A DNA stretch of 41,102 bases from Promethearchaeota archaeon (GCA_016930515.1 JAFGGO010000021.1:1-41102); one strand, 5' to 3'; positions 9,227-19,156 are shown, counted from the first letter of the stretch. Notes: generated by a model from the sequence alone, not told the origin. Translations and numbers: made by a program.

Positions 9227-11284
9227 ATGTCGAAATTGAAAGTAAATAGAGTGATAATGTTCAAGCACGGTGTTTCGTATTTCATATTAGATGGAAAGAT
9301 GAAAGGTTCGGGGACTTTCGAGTTGGAATTCAAGATAAAGGAGATGAACGATATATTAAAGTCCTTGTTCGTATTAGACACCAGTGAAAAAGGTTATATT
9401 TCCTCTATATCGTACGACGCGGCGTTAGAAACATCGCAATTATTAGAATCAGTAATGTTAGACATACCCGATACGGATTCTTTTTCGTCGCTCGTGACTC
9501 AAATAAAAGGCGCTCAAGTGAATCTTGTCGTAGGCGGAAGCGAAAAAGTTACAGGAACCATAATGGGCTTGGAAAGCAGGGAACGCCTTAACAAGGAAGG
9601 AAAAATCTCCGAGAAGATGTTGATCCTGATGAAAGACGACGGAATCCTAACGAAAATTCCTTTTGTTGAAATTGGAACATTTGAAATCGTCAACGAGGAC
9701 TTGAAAAAGGACCTCAAATTTTTCCTAGACACGATTATTGCTGGAAAAAAGAAAGACGCCAAAAAGATCGTCATAAATTGCGAATCTGGTGGGGACAACG
9801 CGACTGAACGAGCCATCATTGTCAGTTATATAAGAGAAAGTCCGATTTGGAAAACATCCTATCGCTTGATCATGAGCAAGCAACAAGCGCTCGAAAATAA
9901 ATGCCTCTTGTCGGGATGGTGCATGGTTGAAAACACCACAAATAACGACTGGGAAGATATAGAGCTTTCTCTCGTGGCTGGAATGCCCGTTTCCTTTGTA
10001 TACGATTTTTTTCGACCCATCTTTATTGACAGGCCCGTAATTAACCCACCGCGAGTGCTTAGCGCCAAACCTGCCGAAATAGAGGAAGGTTTTGGCGTGG
10101 ACGATTTTATTGATTACGATGAAGCAGAAAAAATGGCTTTTGAAAGATCTAGCTTGAAAAAAGCGAAAATGATGGCACCTGCAAAGCCCATGGCTGCACC
10201 TCCCCCCGCCCCATCTTCGGTCCTTCGTGGGGCGATTGCGGGTGGATTGAATTCTGGAGATCTTTCGACAAAACTCAAGCAGCAAACACAAACCACGGCA
10301 AAAGACCTCGGAGAATTGTTTGAATATAATATCTCTAATCTGGTAACTATTAAACGAAAAAATAGCGCCTTGGTTCCAATTCTAACGGAAGAAATAAAAG
10401 CCAAAAAAATTTTAATGTATAACATCAACGAAAACGAAAAAAATCCTAACGCGTGCCTTGAGATAACCAATAACACAAATCTTACCTTAGAGAGAGGTCC
10501 TTGTACAATAATCTATGACAATAATCTCGCAGGTGAAGCCATCGTTCCGTTTTTGAATAAAGGGGATACGAGGCTTTTAAATTACGCCGTTGAACAAGCC
10601 GTTATCGTTGAACACGAGGAAAAGAGCAAGAGTCAAAATGTTCATCGAATACAAATTTCCTCATCATATTGTTATGAGTATTATTACACGGATTTGCACA
10701 CTACTTACAAGATCAAGAACAAGAAATCAGAAGATAAGGAGCTGTATCTCGACCATCCTAAGAAATCGGGATATATAATCGAAGAAAGCGCTACAAAACC
10801 AGAAGAAACTCCGAATTATTGGAGGTTTACACTCAAGTTAAAGCCCAACGCCGCCATTTCTTTTAAAATACACGAAAGAAAGGAAAATTACACGTCCTAT
10901 TATATCTATAACTATTCGAAAGACGATTTACTGGAAAAAGTGGCATTTTACATCAAAAAACAGTTTATCGACGAATCAGTTGAACAACAACTCAAGGCGA
11001 TTGGTGAATTAATCGGTACTAAACAAGATTTAGAATCGAAGAAATCAAAATTAGAGAACGAAAAATACGAAATGACAGAAGAACAGAGCAGGCTTCGAGA
11101 AAATATATCTGTATTAAAGGATTCTACTCAAGAAGCGAAGTTAAGAGAAAAATATGTCGCTAAATTCAGCGCACAGGAAACTCGTTTCGAAAGCATATCA
11201 AAAGAAATCAAAAAATTAGAAGATGAGTTAAAAAAAATCGACTTAAAGATCAACGAACAAATTACACACTTGAAGGTTAAATAA
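9227..11284 (+). CDS. DUF4139-like protein with C-terminal coiled coil
   Basis: VIMFKHGVSYF, MNDILKSL, PIWKTSYRL, GWCMVENTTNNDWEDIELSLVAGMPVSF, GELFEY, and EQSRLRENI in the coiled coil. Confidence 0.8.
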   Translation: MSKLKVNRVIMFKHGVSYFILDGKMKGSGTFELEFKIKEMNDILKSLFVLDTSEKGYISSISYDAALETSQLLESVMLDIPDTDSFSSLVTQIKGAQVNLVVGGSEKVTGTIMGLESRERLNKEGKISEKMLILMKDDGILTKIPFVEIGTFEIVNEDLKKDLKFFLDTIIAGKKKDAKKIVINCESGGDNATERAIIVSYIRESPIWKTSYRLIMSKQQALENKCLLSGWCMVENTTNNDWEDIELSLVAGMPVSFVYDFFRPIFIDRPVINPPRVLSAKPAEIEEGFGVDDFIDYDEAEKMAFERSSLKKAKMMAPAKPMAAPPPAPSSVLRGAIAGGLNSGDLSTKLKQQTQTTAKDLGELFEYNISNLVTIKRKNSALVPILTEEIKAKKILMYNINENEKNPNACLEITNNTNLTLERGPCTIIYDNNLAGEAIVPFLNKGDTRLLNYAVEQAVIVEHEEKSKSQNVHRIQISSSYCYEYYYTDLHTTYKIKNKKSEDKELYLDHPKKSGYIIEESATKPEETPNYWRFTLKLKPNAAISFKIHERKENYTSYYIYNYSKDDLLEKVAFYIKKQFIDESVEQQLKAIGELIGTKQDLESKKSKLENEKYEMTEEQSRLRENISVLKDSTQEAKLREKYVAKFSAQETRFESISKEIKKLEDELKKIDLKINEQITHLKVK

Positions 11285-11433
11285 CTCCTTTTTTTTCTTT
11301 TTTATATTAAGAAATTTCATTCTTTGGTGAAAATTACCCTTTAAAGGGTCGTGTTGTTGTTAAAGCGCTCTAGCAAAAGTAATAAATAATGAGGCGTTAT
11401 ATTGCAAATAACAAAATAGGTGAAATTTATAAA

Positions 11434-11655
11434 ATGAGTATCGAGAAGTTACAAGAACAAATTGATAAGCTTCAAGACGAAAGAGAAGAACTCGAAGAAA
11501 AATGCGACACATTAGACTTGTGCAAGGAAGACGATGGTTGTAGCAAGTGCGATGTGTATAAAAAAATCGAAGCGATCGACGATAAAATAGAAAAGCTTGA
11601 AGAAAAAATCGAAGATTTAGTAGGAGAAGACGAAGATTTCGACGACGAAGATTAA
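11434..11655 (+). CDS. Small acidic coiled-coil protein with central four-Cys cluster
   Basis: In-frame ATG at 11434 preceded by SD-like AGGTGA. Sequence MSIEKLQEQIDKLQ...CDTLDLCKEDDGCSKC...IEKLEEKIEDL. Confidence 0.75.
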   Translation: MSIEKLQEQIDKLQDEREELEEKCDTLDLCKEDDGCSKCDVYKKIEAIDDKIEKLEEKIEDLVGEDEDFDDED

Positions 11656-11760
11656 ACGTCTCATTTTTACTTAATTTCAATATTTTTATTTTTCCTAGAT
11701 TTCTTAAATACCCATAATAATACTTATTCTATCTAGATTTTAGGATTTCAATAAATAAAT

Positions 11761-11807
11761 AAAAAAAGGAAAAGATGAAATTAACGCTTGTTAATTGCTT
11801 GCGTTAA
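11761..11807 (-). terminator. Putative terminator after acyl-CoA dehydrogenase
   Basis: TTAACGC (11781-87) and GCGTTAA (11801-07) form an inverted repeat just past the stop codon, followed on the minus strand by T-rich tracts. Confidence 0.35.
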
Positions 11808-11814
11808 ATTCAAA

Positions 11815-13107
11815 TTATATCATCTTGAACATTTTTCTAAAAGCCATTTGCAAGACATATTGTTGGATTTGTCGAGAACCGCCAACAATTTCTTGAATTC
11901 GAGAGACGCCTAATAAATCATGGCTCATGAGATTGTCGCCAAGTCCAGCACCGCCCATCAAGTTAGCGGCTTCGTAGCAGACTTCAGTTGTAAGCGAAGT
12001 GGCTTGGTACTTGAACTGACTTGCCGAAGCAACCATTGCTTGCTCGATCATTGGTGGAATCTTGCCTCCGAATTTTTCATATTTTTCGTCGTAAGATTCG
12101 CAGAACTTCAACATTCCTAAAGTTATGTTGCTAGTCTTCGCCCACAAGTCCATGAGGGTGAAACCAACGCCTTGGAAGTTCAAGATAACTTGATCGAATT
12201 GTTTTCTCATGTTGGAGTAAATTCCAGCGTGAATAACGGCCCCCCAACATTGGGAAACTGCTCCGTAAGCAATACCGATTCTCTCAGGTACTAAACCTTC
12301 GAAGAGGTGTTCTCTTCCTTTTCCAACAGGACCTAACACGTATTCCTTAGGAACCCTGAGATTGGTCAAGACTTCCTTGCCTAACCAAAGCTTTGGTACC
12401 CAAGGAATGTATGCTCTTTCGCAATTCCATCCATCCCAAGAGGTGTTAATCAAGAATTGAGCCATTTTATTTCCATTGTTCTTTTCTGCAGTAGCATAAG
12501 CAACAGCCCACTTTGATTTAGGAGCGTTCGTGTTGAAAATTTTATCTCCGTTCAGGAGGAAGCTGCCATCGTCTTGTTCGGTACAAGTGGTTAATTGATG
12601 TACTGCGTCAGAACCGCGTTCTGGTTCGGTAATCAAGATACAACCAATACCAGAACCGTCAACCAAATCTCTTAAAGCGTCTTGCCTCACGGGGACATTA
12701 TCGTGGTGTTCGAAAATAGGATTAATTGCCAATACGGTTGCACCAGCACCCATGGCGTATTGCGTGTCGAATTGATCTATGGCAAGATATCTCATGAAAT
12801 CGAGAGACATGCCCCATTCATCGCCGTAATCAATACCACAGGATTCTTTAAAGTTGTGAGCTCTGGTGATATATCCTTCCTTTCCGAAATCAGCACACCA
12901 TTCGTACATGTCTTCGTCCATTGAATGGGTGATGTTTTTTTCTTTTTCGTATTTCATGCAAAACTTTTCAACTTTTTGGAGAAAAGCCATCTCTTTCTTA
13001 TTTAAGACGGTTCCTAAATTCATGTTGAGCATGGCGTACCTGTTTTTCAGGCTCATTTTCTCCATGATCTCGTCGTTAACTGCTTTTGCATATTTTGTTT
13101 TTGCCAT
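11815..13107 (-). CDS. Acyl-CoA dehydrogenase family protein
   Basis: ITEPERGSDA, LNGDKIFNTNA, ERIGIA, RKQFDQVILNFQGV, LMGGAG, IQEIVGGSRQIQ. Confidence 0.92.
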   Translation of the reverse strand: MAKTKYAKAVNDEIMEKMSLKNRYAMLNMNLGTVLNKKEMAFLQKVEKFCMKYEKEKNITHSMDEDMYEWCADFGKEGYITRAHNFKESCGIDYGDEWGMSLDFMRYLAIDQFDTQYAMGAGATVLAINPIFEHHDNVPVRQDALRDLVDGSGIGCILITEPERGSDAVHQLTTCTEQDDGSFLLNGDKIFNTNAPKSKWAVAYATAEKNNGNKMAQFLINTSWDGWNCERAYIPWVPKLWLGKEVLTNLRVPKEYVLGPVGKGREHLFEGLVPERIGIAYGAVSQCWGAVIHAGIYSNMRKQFDQVILNFQGVGFTLMDLWAKTSNITLGMLKFCESYDEKYEKFGGKIPPMIEQAMVASASQFKYQATSLTTEVCYEAANLMGGAGLGDNLMSHDLLGVSRIQEIVGGSRQIQQYVLQMAFRKMFKMI

Positions 13108-13404
13108 TTTATACTCTTCTCTTTTAAAGTATTGTTATAGTAGATAATTTGCAAAAGATGATCTAACTCAAAAAGCTTGCGAAAAATGTAATTTTATAGT
13201 TCGAATTATTACACTCAATTAATGTAATGCGTCATTCAATCGTGTTAAATTAACATTTAAAATAATTATTATTCATTTTCTCGAAAGAATGAATTAATTT
13301 GATGTTGTATTTTGCTGACGCGATTAGCTTTATTAACAGATTAGTTGCATTCTTCAAAATTTTGATATCAACCCTAATAAATAGTCATTCGGAAATTACT
13401 TCGT

Positions 13405-14154
13405 TTAGCAAATTAATTTCCTTAATCTTTGCGAAAATTTTTTTCCTATTATCAAACCCGTTTCAAATGGACAATTGCTTTTAAATTGTACTACGGATAT
13501 GAAATTTTCGTCAATTCCAACCAAATTAAGAATTCCAAAATCTTCTAAAGAAATTAATTCGTTAATCTGATAATTCCCAGTAAGAAACCTTCCTTCAAGG
13601 AGCCTGATGATTTCCGAAAGCACGCTTGGTTTAAGGTATGACACTATTACTCTTCCAGTTTGAGTTAAAAGTGCCGATGAAACGACAAAAGAGGAAAAGG
13701 TGTGCAATTCCTTAAATATCATTATCAGATCCTTTTGTATCTCTTCGGATACAAGTTGTTTGCTCTTTTCCAAAATGTATTCTACATTTTTCTCAAAATC
13801 GTGAAACTTTGAGATCTCGCCATCGAAATTTTCTATGAGGGAAGAGTCGTATTTTTCTAAAAATTGATCCTTAATTTCCATGAGTTGATTTCTTAGTTCT
13901 ACTAAATTATCGGTTCTATCGGTGAATAACGCAAACAACAACTCGTCAGTTTTTATTCTTTCGATTTCGAATATAAATCGAAAAACACCCACCTCTATTT
14001 CAGAAATCTCTGAAGTTTTTAGAGTTTGCTTGACAAAGGAAAAAATAGCGCTTAAAAAACTACTCGTCATTTGAACATTAAAAATATCTTCGTATGCCTT
14101 GTAATAAATCAATTCTCCCGTGTTTGCTTTCATGATAAAGATATTTTTAATCAT
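13405..14154 (-). CDS. Longin-like domain fused to roadblock/LC7-like domain
   Basis: N-terminal IKNIFIMKANTGELIY...SSFLSAIFSF...EIEVGVFRFIFE fits the longin pattern. C-terminal VVSSALLTQTGRVIVS fits the roadblock pattern. Confidence 0.7.
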   Translation of the reverse strand: MIKNIFIMKANTGELIYYKAYEDIFNVQMTSSFLSAIFSFVKQTLKTSEISEIEVGVFRFIFEIERIKTDELLFALFTDRTDNLVELRNQLMEIKDQFLEKYDSSLIENFDGEISKFHDFEKNVEYILEKSKQLVSEEIQKDLIMIFKELHTFSSFVVSSALLTQTGRVIVSYLKPSVLSEIIRLLEGRFLTGNYQINELISLEDFGILNLVGIDENFISVVQFKSNCPFETGLIIGKKFSQRLRKLIC

Positions 14155-14322
14155 GGGAAATCAATCAAGTGAATATATTCTTTTTTTTAGAACTGTTATA
14201 AACTTTATAATCGTTTTTGTTTAAAAATACTCTTATATAGTCATGAAAATTATCTTAAAAAAATCTTTGTGGAGAATGATTTTTTGGTATTATTTTACAA
14301 ATAATTTATGAAGAAATAAGGA

Positions 14323-15048
14323 TTAAAATCCGTCGAACTTGCTCCATTCGTCTTCATCTTCAAATTCATCATATTCTTCGTAATCTTCTTCGGTGTCTTC
14401 CTTTTTATCTTCTTCAAGAAGTTCTTCTTCTTCAGATTCCAATTCGTCATCGAATGTAATTGCTTGTTCGAGATCCGTTATGGAGGCTTCGGTAGCTTTT
14501 ACTTCAGGTATGGGTTCTTCGATTTCTTCCCTCTTCTTTTCAACAAGCTTCAAATAGTCTCCATGTATTTTTATTGTAATGGGAGTTTCTTCTTGCAATA
14601 ATCGCACAACAACTTCCTCGCTACTTGAAGTGTCATGCGGCATTCTCATGACCATTGCTCTCGAACCTTCAAATACTCCGCTTATGATCTCGACTGTGTC
14701 GCCTATTGAGATAAATTCAGTGACGCTTCTTGGAAGGAGCACGTGTTTTAATTCGGTTAACTTGATATTTTGAACAATCCTACCTTTAATATGAGGTATT
14801 CCTTGAACGGCAATCTGAACATCACGCTTTTGAGGGGCTTCAAAGAAGACATATCCTGGTAATAATGAACTAACTAAAATAGCCTTTATGTCCGGTATTG
14901 TGTCCAATATGCTAAATCGGTAAAATATTTGCCTTAGAATGTTTGTTTCTTGGTTAATCGTGGTCCTCACGGCGAAAAGCGTGGTGAGATCTTCCTTGTC
15001 CATATCATCTATCTCGATTCCAAATTCATTATTGGTGTCTTCTTCCAA
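14323..15048 (-). CDS. spt5: Transcription elongation factor Spt5/NusG with acidic N- and C-terminal extensions
   Basis: NGN domain LFAVRTTINQE...LPGYVFFEA...IPHIKG. KOW motif IGDTVEIISGVFEGSRAMV. TTG start. Confidence 0.88.
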   Translation of the reverse strand: MEEDTNNEFGIEIDDMDKEDLTTLFAVRTTINQETNILRQIFYRFSILDTIPDIKAILVSSLLPGYVFFEAPQKRDVQIAVQGIPHIKGRIVQNIKLTELKHVLLPRSVTEFISIGDTVEIISGVFEGSRAMVMRMPHDTSSSEEVVVRLLQEETPITIKIHGDYLKLVEKKREEIEEPIPEVKATEASITDLEQAITFDDELESEEEELLEEDKKEDTEEDYEEYDEFEDEDEWSKFDGF

Positions 15049-15248
15049 TTCTTATTCAACCTTCCTCATTTAATCTGAGAGTTTTTTATTTTTTTTAAAA
15101 GAAATTGATGTAAAAAAAGTATATATTAATTGAAGGAATTCCTAAATTTTAAAATTTTGCTTTTTAGCACAAACCTGGGGAACCAATTTAAAATAATGAT
15201 CTCCTCAAGTTATTCACGAATATGATGTAAAAACTCAAATAAGAAAGA

Positions 15249-15638
15249 TCAAAGGGGAATATTATTTATGTCCAAAATTTCAGGTATTTTTTTATTACGG
15301 TCGAGCCACGCAATCTCGTGTCTCATGTAACGCCAGGTAATTTCGCACTTGTCAAGTTTTCCTTCAATGTCCTGCGTTTCCCACTCCCATGGATTTACAA
15401 TAACGAGGTCTCCCTTTCGCACCCACACTCTCTTTTTAATTTTTCCTCGAATTCTTCCGATCCTGTGCTTGCCGTCTTCGCAAAAGACCTGCATGCGCTC
15501 GTTTCCGTATATGTCTACTACCCGAGCGAACATCTCTCCCATTTTTTTATTTGGATATTTAACCCTAGTAATCTCTGGTTCAACGGGACCTTGGTTGCGA
15601 CCCTTCCCTCTTTTTGCTTGTGTTTTTTTCTTTGCCAT
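15249..15638 (-). CDS. eif1a: Translation initiation factor aIF-1A
   Basis: GEMFARVVDIYGNERMQVFCEDGKHRIGRIRGKIKKRVWVRKGDLVIVNPW...ITWRY. Confidence 0.95.
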   Translation of the reverse strand: MAKKKTQAKRGKGRNQGPVEPEITRVKYPNKKMGEMFARVVDIYGNERMQVFCEDGKHRIGRIRGKIKKRVWVRKGDLVIVNPWEWETQDIEGKLDKCEITWRYMRHEIAWLDRNKKIPEILDINNIPL

Positions 15639-15680
15639 AGTTATAATTCCATATCATTAATTTGATTAATATTTTATTGT

Positions 15681-16019
15681 TTAGATTTTATCGTCGGGAT
15701 TGTAGGAACTCTTTATAAATACGATTTTTACGGGTTTTTCAGAGTCGTTCTTGATGTTATGCATTTCCCGAGGTTCTAATAAAAACACACTCCCTTGAGG
15801 TGCCTCGTACTCCTTCCCGTTAACGATCATCACGCCGTTTCCTTCAACAAAATAAAATGTTTCATCTAAAAACTCGTGTCCATGAGCCTCCTGTGCCATG
15901 TATTCTCCTGAATTAAGGAGTATCAAGCCCCAATCAATAGAGGGTCCTCGCATGAGGTATTTCACTCCAGATTCCCCGTTTCTATACTTTAAATCGGTTT
16001 CGTGAACCTGTTTAATCAC
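15681..16019 (-). CDS. Cupin domain protein
   Basis: HGHEFLDETFYFVEGNG...LEPREMHNIKN are cupin metal-binding motifs. Confidence 0.88.
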   Translation of the reverse strand: MIKQVHETDLKYRNGESGVKYLMRGPSIDWGLILLNSGEYMAQEAHGHEFLDETFYFVEGNGVMIVNGKEYEAPQGSVFLLEPREMHNIKNDSEKPVKIVFIKSSYNPDDKI

Positions 16020-16107
16020 AATTCACCTGTCTTATATTTTCACAATAAATTGAATGTTAAAATAAATAAGCATTCTATAGTTTTAAATCCTTAGAGGAGA
16101 TAATATA

Positions 16108-17319
16108 TCATAACGCTCTAAGAAGGATATCTTTCAACGATTGAGAGTCCGTATCTCGTGGATTATTGGCAAGAGAGCTACCCTTTGTGTCGTTCACAAT
16201 GTCGTCTAAGTGTTCTTCATTAATCCCGAAGGTTGATAACTTTTCAGGAATACCCACGCTGAGGAAGATGTCCCTAATTCGCTTTGTTGACCAATCTGAT
16301 CGATCCCTCGTGCCTGATGGAAAGGGGATAACTTTTTCAGCTTCCTTGTTTTTATACATTATCTTATGAAATTTTTTTCCAATCCACGCGTAATAATCAG
16401 CAATTTCAATCAATTCGGCATTGTATCTCATCACGTGAGGCAATAAAATCCCACAGATCAATCCGTGTGGTAAATTATGCTTTATTCCAATTGGATGGGC
16501 AAATCCGTGAACAGCACCTAACTTTCCGTTAGCAAAGGAAATTGCTCCTAAGAGGCTTCCAAGCATCATTTTCTCTCTAAGTTCGATATTTAATGGTTCA
16601 TCGTATACTTTTGGTAGGTTTTCTCCTAACAATTTTATCGCTTTTCGGGCAAAAAAATCCGAAATAAAATTCCTGCTTTTAGAAACGAGCGCCTCGATCG
16701 CCTGCACGAGGGCATCCGCACCTGAATATGCCGTGAATTTCTTTGGCAAGCTTAAAGTAAGAGTGGGATCTAGCAAGGCCAAATTTGCCCATAATCCCCT
16801 GATACTCTTTTTTTCTCCCGTTGCGTGATTTTTTATTACTGAATTATTAGTAACTTCGGAACCGGTCCCTGATGTGGTAGGGATTAGGATAAATGGTAAT
16901 GGTTCTTCTTTAAACTCTTTACCTTCGAGGTAATCTTCAACCTTACCTCCGTTAGTGACCAAACCAGCTATTGCTTTTGCCGTATCCATGACGCTCCCTC
17001 CTCCTATCCCAATAACCAGCTGACTCTTACATTCTATAGCGAGATCTTTTCCTTTATTAACTATTTCGGTAGTTGGTTCCCCTTCTATTTTATTATACGT
17101 ATCTACCGTAAGGCTCTGTTTTTTCAATATGGATTCTATGCGCTCTAAAGCCCCGGACTTTTGAAGTGAAGACATTCCAAAAACCAAAAGAATAGAATTA
17201 TCGCTTGTTTTCCTCGTTTTAAGGTAACTACGTGCCTCTTCACCGAGCGTTTCTATTTTATTCCTTCCAAAAATTACTTTGGGACACCTAAAATCAAATT
17301 TTATATTTAGAGATTCCAT
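16108..17319 (-). CDS. Iron-containing alcohol dehydrogenase
   Basis: GIGGGSVMDTAKA, IPTTSGTGSEVT, LDPTLT, LGAVHGFAHPIG..HNLPHG, NNPR. Confidence 0.93.
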   Translation of the reverse strand: MESLNIKFDFRCPKVIFGRNKIETLGEEARSYLKTRKTSDNSILLVFGMSSLQKSGALERIESILKKQSLTVDTYNKIEGEPTTEIVNKGKDLAIECKSQLVIGIGGGSVMDTAKAIAGLVTNGGKVEDYLEGKEFKEEPLPFILIPTTSGTGSEVTNNSVIKNHATGEKKSIRGLWANLALLDPTLTLSLPKKFTAYSGADALVQAIEALVSKSRNFISDFFARKAIKLLGENLPKVYDEPLNIELREKMMLGSLLGAISFANGKLGAVHGFAHPIGIKHNLPHGLICGILLPHVMRYNAELIEIADYYAWIGKKFHKIMYKNKEAEKVIPFPSGTRDRSDWSTKRIRDIFLSVGIPEKLSTFGINEEHLDDIVNDTKGSSLANNPRDTDSQSLKDILLRAL

Positions 17320-17339
17320 TTATTATCACTTCGAACTGC

Positions 17340-17795
17340 TTAAAATCGTTCAATTGATAAGTATTTTTTTTGTCTTAAAAATATTACACCGATGGAACGA
17401 TCTCTTGCCTTTCTTCTTAGGAGCTGGTCGTTAGTTGCTAAAAAAACGCGAATATTTTTTTCTTTCAATTCAACAACTTTTCGAACGAGAAAATCATCCG
17501 TTAGTTCGTCATTATCTTTTATGCTGTCGTCAATAATCACATCGTAATCTTGAGATCTTTTTTCTAAATAAGACATTCCCGCTTGAAATTGTGCTTGAAA
17601 CTTAGTTGATCGCGGTTCCCTCGCTTTTTTAGCTTCTAATTCGCAAAAAATTTGTTTAAAAATAATGAATTGTACTTTCCCTTCCATTTTATTGCAAATT
17701 TCGTTAAAATAATCTATTTTAAACTGAAATGGTAGTAGGATGAAGTTGGAGTCTATAATTACGAGGTTGTTTGAGCGTGATATTTCAGAGTTCAA
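17340..17795 (-). CDS. PIN-domain protein (Fcf1/Utp23-like)
   Basis: VIIDSNFILLP...ELE...TDDFLV...LATNDQLLRRKAR...VIFLRQKKYL. TTG start overlaps the upstream TGA. Confidence 0.85.
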   Translation of the reverse strand: MNSEISRSNNLVIIDSNFILLPFQFKIDYFNEICNKMEGKVQFIIFKQIFCELEAKKAREPRSTKFQAQFQAGMSYLEKRSQDYDVIIDDSIKDNDELTDDFLVRKVVELKEKNIRVFLATNDQLLRRKARDRSIGVIFLRQKKYLSIERF

Positions 17796-18313
17796 AAAAC
17801 TTGCCGCTCTAATATTTTTCTCGTCAACTTATCAAACGCTTCTTGAACATTATTGCCTGATTTACTGGATATCTTTATATAATCGAACAGATTAAAAGCT
17901 TCCTTGAAGGATTGGGCGTAATCGTCATCTACCATGATTTCGTCAACCAAATCTAGCTTTGTACCCACGAATAAAACGGGAAGATCCGGGTCACCCTTTC
18001 GAACGATCTCAATCCATTGTTCGAGGTTGTCAAGCGTGATCGGGCGAGTGAGATCAAACATCAATAGGGCTCCTTTAGCGCCTAGTACGTAACTTTCTAA
18101 TAGAAAACGAAACCGTTCTTGCCCTCCAAAATCCCAAAGCTGAAGGGTCGCAGCGTTTCCATCGACCTCCGTTTCTTTTAAAAAAAACTCGACTCCGATC
18201 GTCATTTTCGTTTCCGCGCTGAACTTGCCTTCGACGTATCTATGAAGAAGGGTTGTTTTTCCAACGCCACCCTCCCCTGCCGTCAGTATCTTCAGAATGA
18301 ACTTTTTTGGCAT
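17792..18313 (-). CDS. Rab-like small GTPase
   Basis: GEGGVGKT, TIGVEF, LQLWDFGGQERFR, GTKLDL, ISSKSG. Confidence 0.93.
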   Translation of the reverse strand: MPKKFILKILTAGEGGVGKTTLLHRYVEGKFSAETKMTIGVEFFLKETEVDGNAATLQLWDFGGQERFRFLLESYVLGAKGALLMFDLTRPITLDNLEQWIEIVRKGDPDLPVLFVGTKLDLVDEIMVDDDYAQSFKEAFNLFDYIKISSKSGNNVQEAFDKLTRKILERQVF

Positions 18314-18860
18314 CGTCGTGCTCGTAATTTGTTGTTGATCTTTATTTTAAATGTAAGATAATAGATTATTATTGTAAATATTGCTTAAAAAATTTTTATA
18401 TCCTTTTCATAAAGATATTAATTCTGTTATTTTAATTTATTTCATTAAAATATATTATTTGTTTTATATTCTTTTTTTATATCCATTTCTGTTCTCGATA
18501 CACTATAAATCAAAATTTTTCGTTATAAATATTTCCTTAACCAAAATTGTACTCCTCAGTAGAACATTTAATAATTTTGGAAGTCTTATTCTTGGACATT
18601 TAAATTAAACATACTCTATCAGGTTTTTATTTCTCCTAAAGCTCTTATAACATTGTTAAATAGCAATCGATTCTGAAGGTTGTAAGGTCTCATAAGGGAT
18701 AAAATACAGAACCGTGTGGGTTGTTCTATTTTAGGTTATTTTTAAAATATCGTTATAAAGTAAAAATACCTACAATAATTATCATTAATTATATAATTAC
18801 ATTAACTCTTATATGCGTGTTTGCCTTAATATTATTTAAAAACAAACGATTTGCTTATAA

Positions 18861-19151
18861 TTGGTTATAAACATGAAGAAGAAAAAACCCACAGAAGAAG
18901 AATTAAATAAATTAGAAGTAAAAAAATGGGGAATCTGGACGAAGGAAGAGAGCGTTTTTCCATGGTCATACGACGAAACCGAAACCTGTTATATCTTGGA
19001 AGGAGAAGTAGAGGTCCTTGATTCGAAAACTGGTGAAAGATTATCGTTTCAAAAAGGAGACCTCGTTCAATTTCCCAAGGGATTGGAATGCAAATGGACG
19101 GTAAAAAAACCCGTTAGGAAGCATTATCACTTTGGAGATTTAGACATCTAA
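18861..19151 (+). CDS. Cupin_3 (DUF861/EutQ-like) protein
   Basis: WGIWTKEESVFPWSYDETETCYILEGEV...GDLVQFPKGLECKWTVKKPVRKHY. Confidence 0.88.
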   Translation: MVINMKKKKPTEEELNKLEVKKWGIWTKEESVFPWSYDETETCYILEGEVEVLDSKTGERLSFQKGDLVQFPKGLECKWTVKKPVRKHYHFGDLDI

Positions 19152-19156
19152 ACATT

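Noticed and set aside
14323-14400. WASP-like acidic-Trp (VCA) motif EDEDEW at the Spt5 C-terminus
   Set aside because: No WH2 or central helix precedes it and the host protein is a transcription factor. The resemblance is probably compositional.
18314-18860. Long AT-rich gap with a 75-aa ORF (18381-18608)
   Set aside because: The ORF is low-complexity F/I/L/Y sequence typical of AT-rich non-coding DNA. No convincing RNA structure was found; probably a divergent promoter region.
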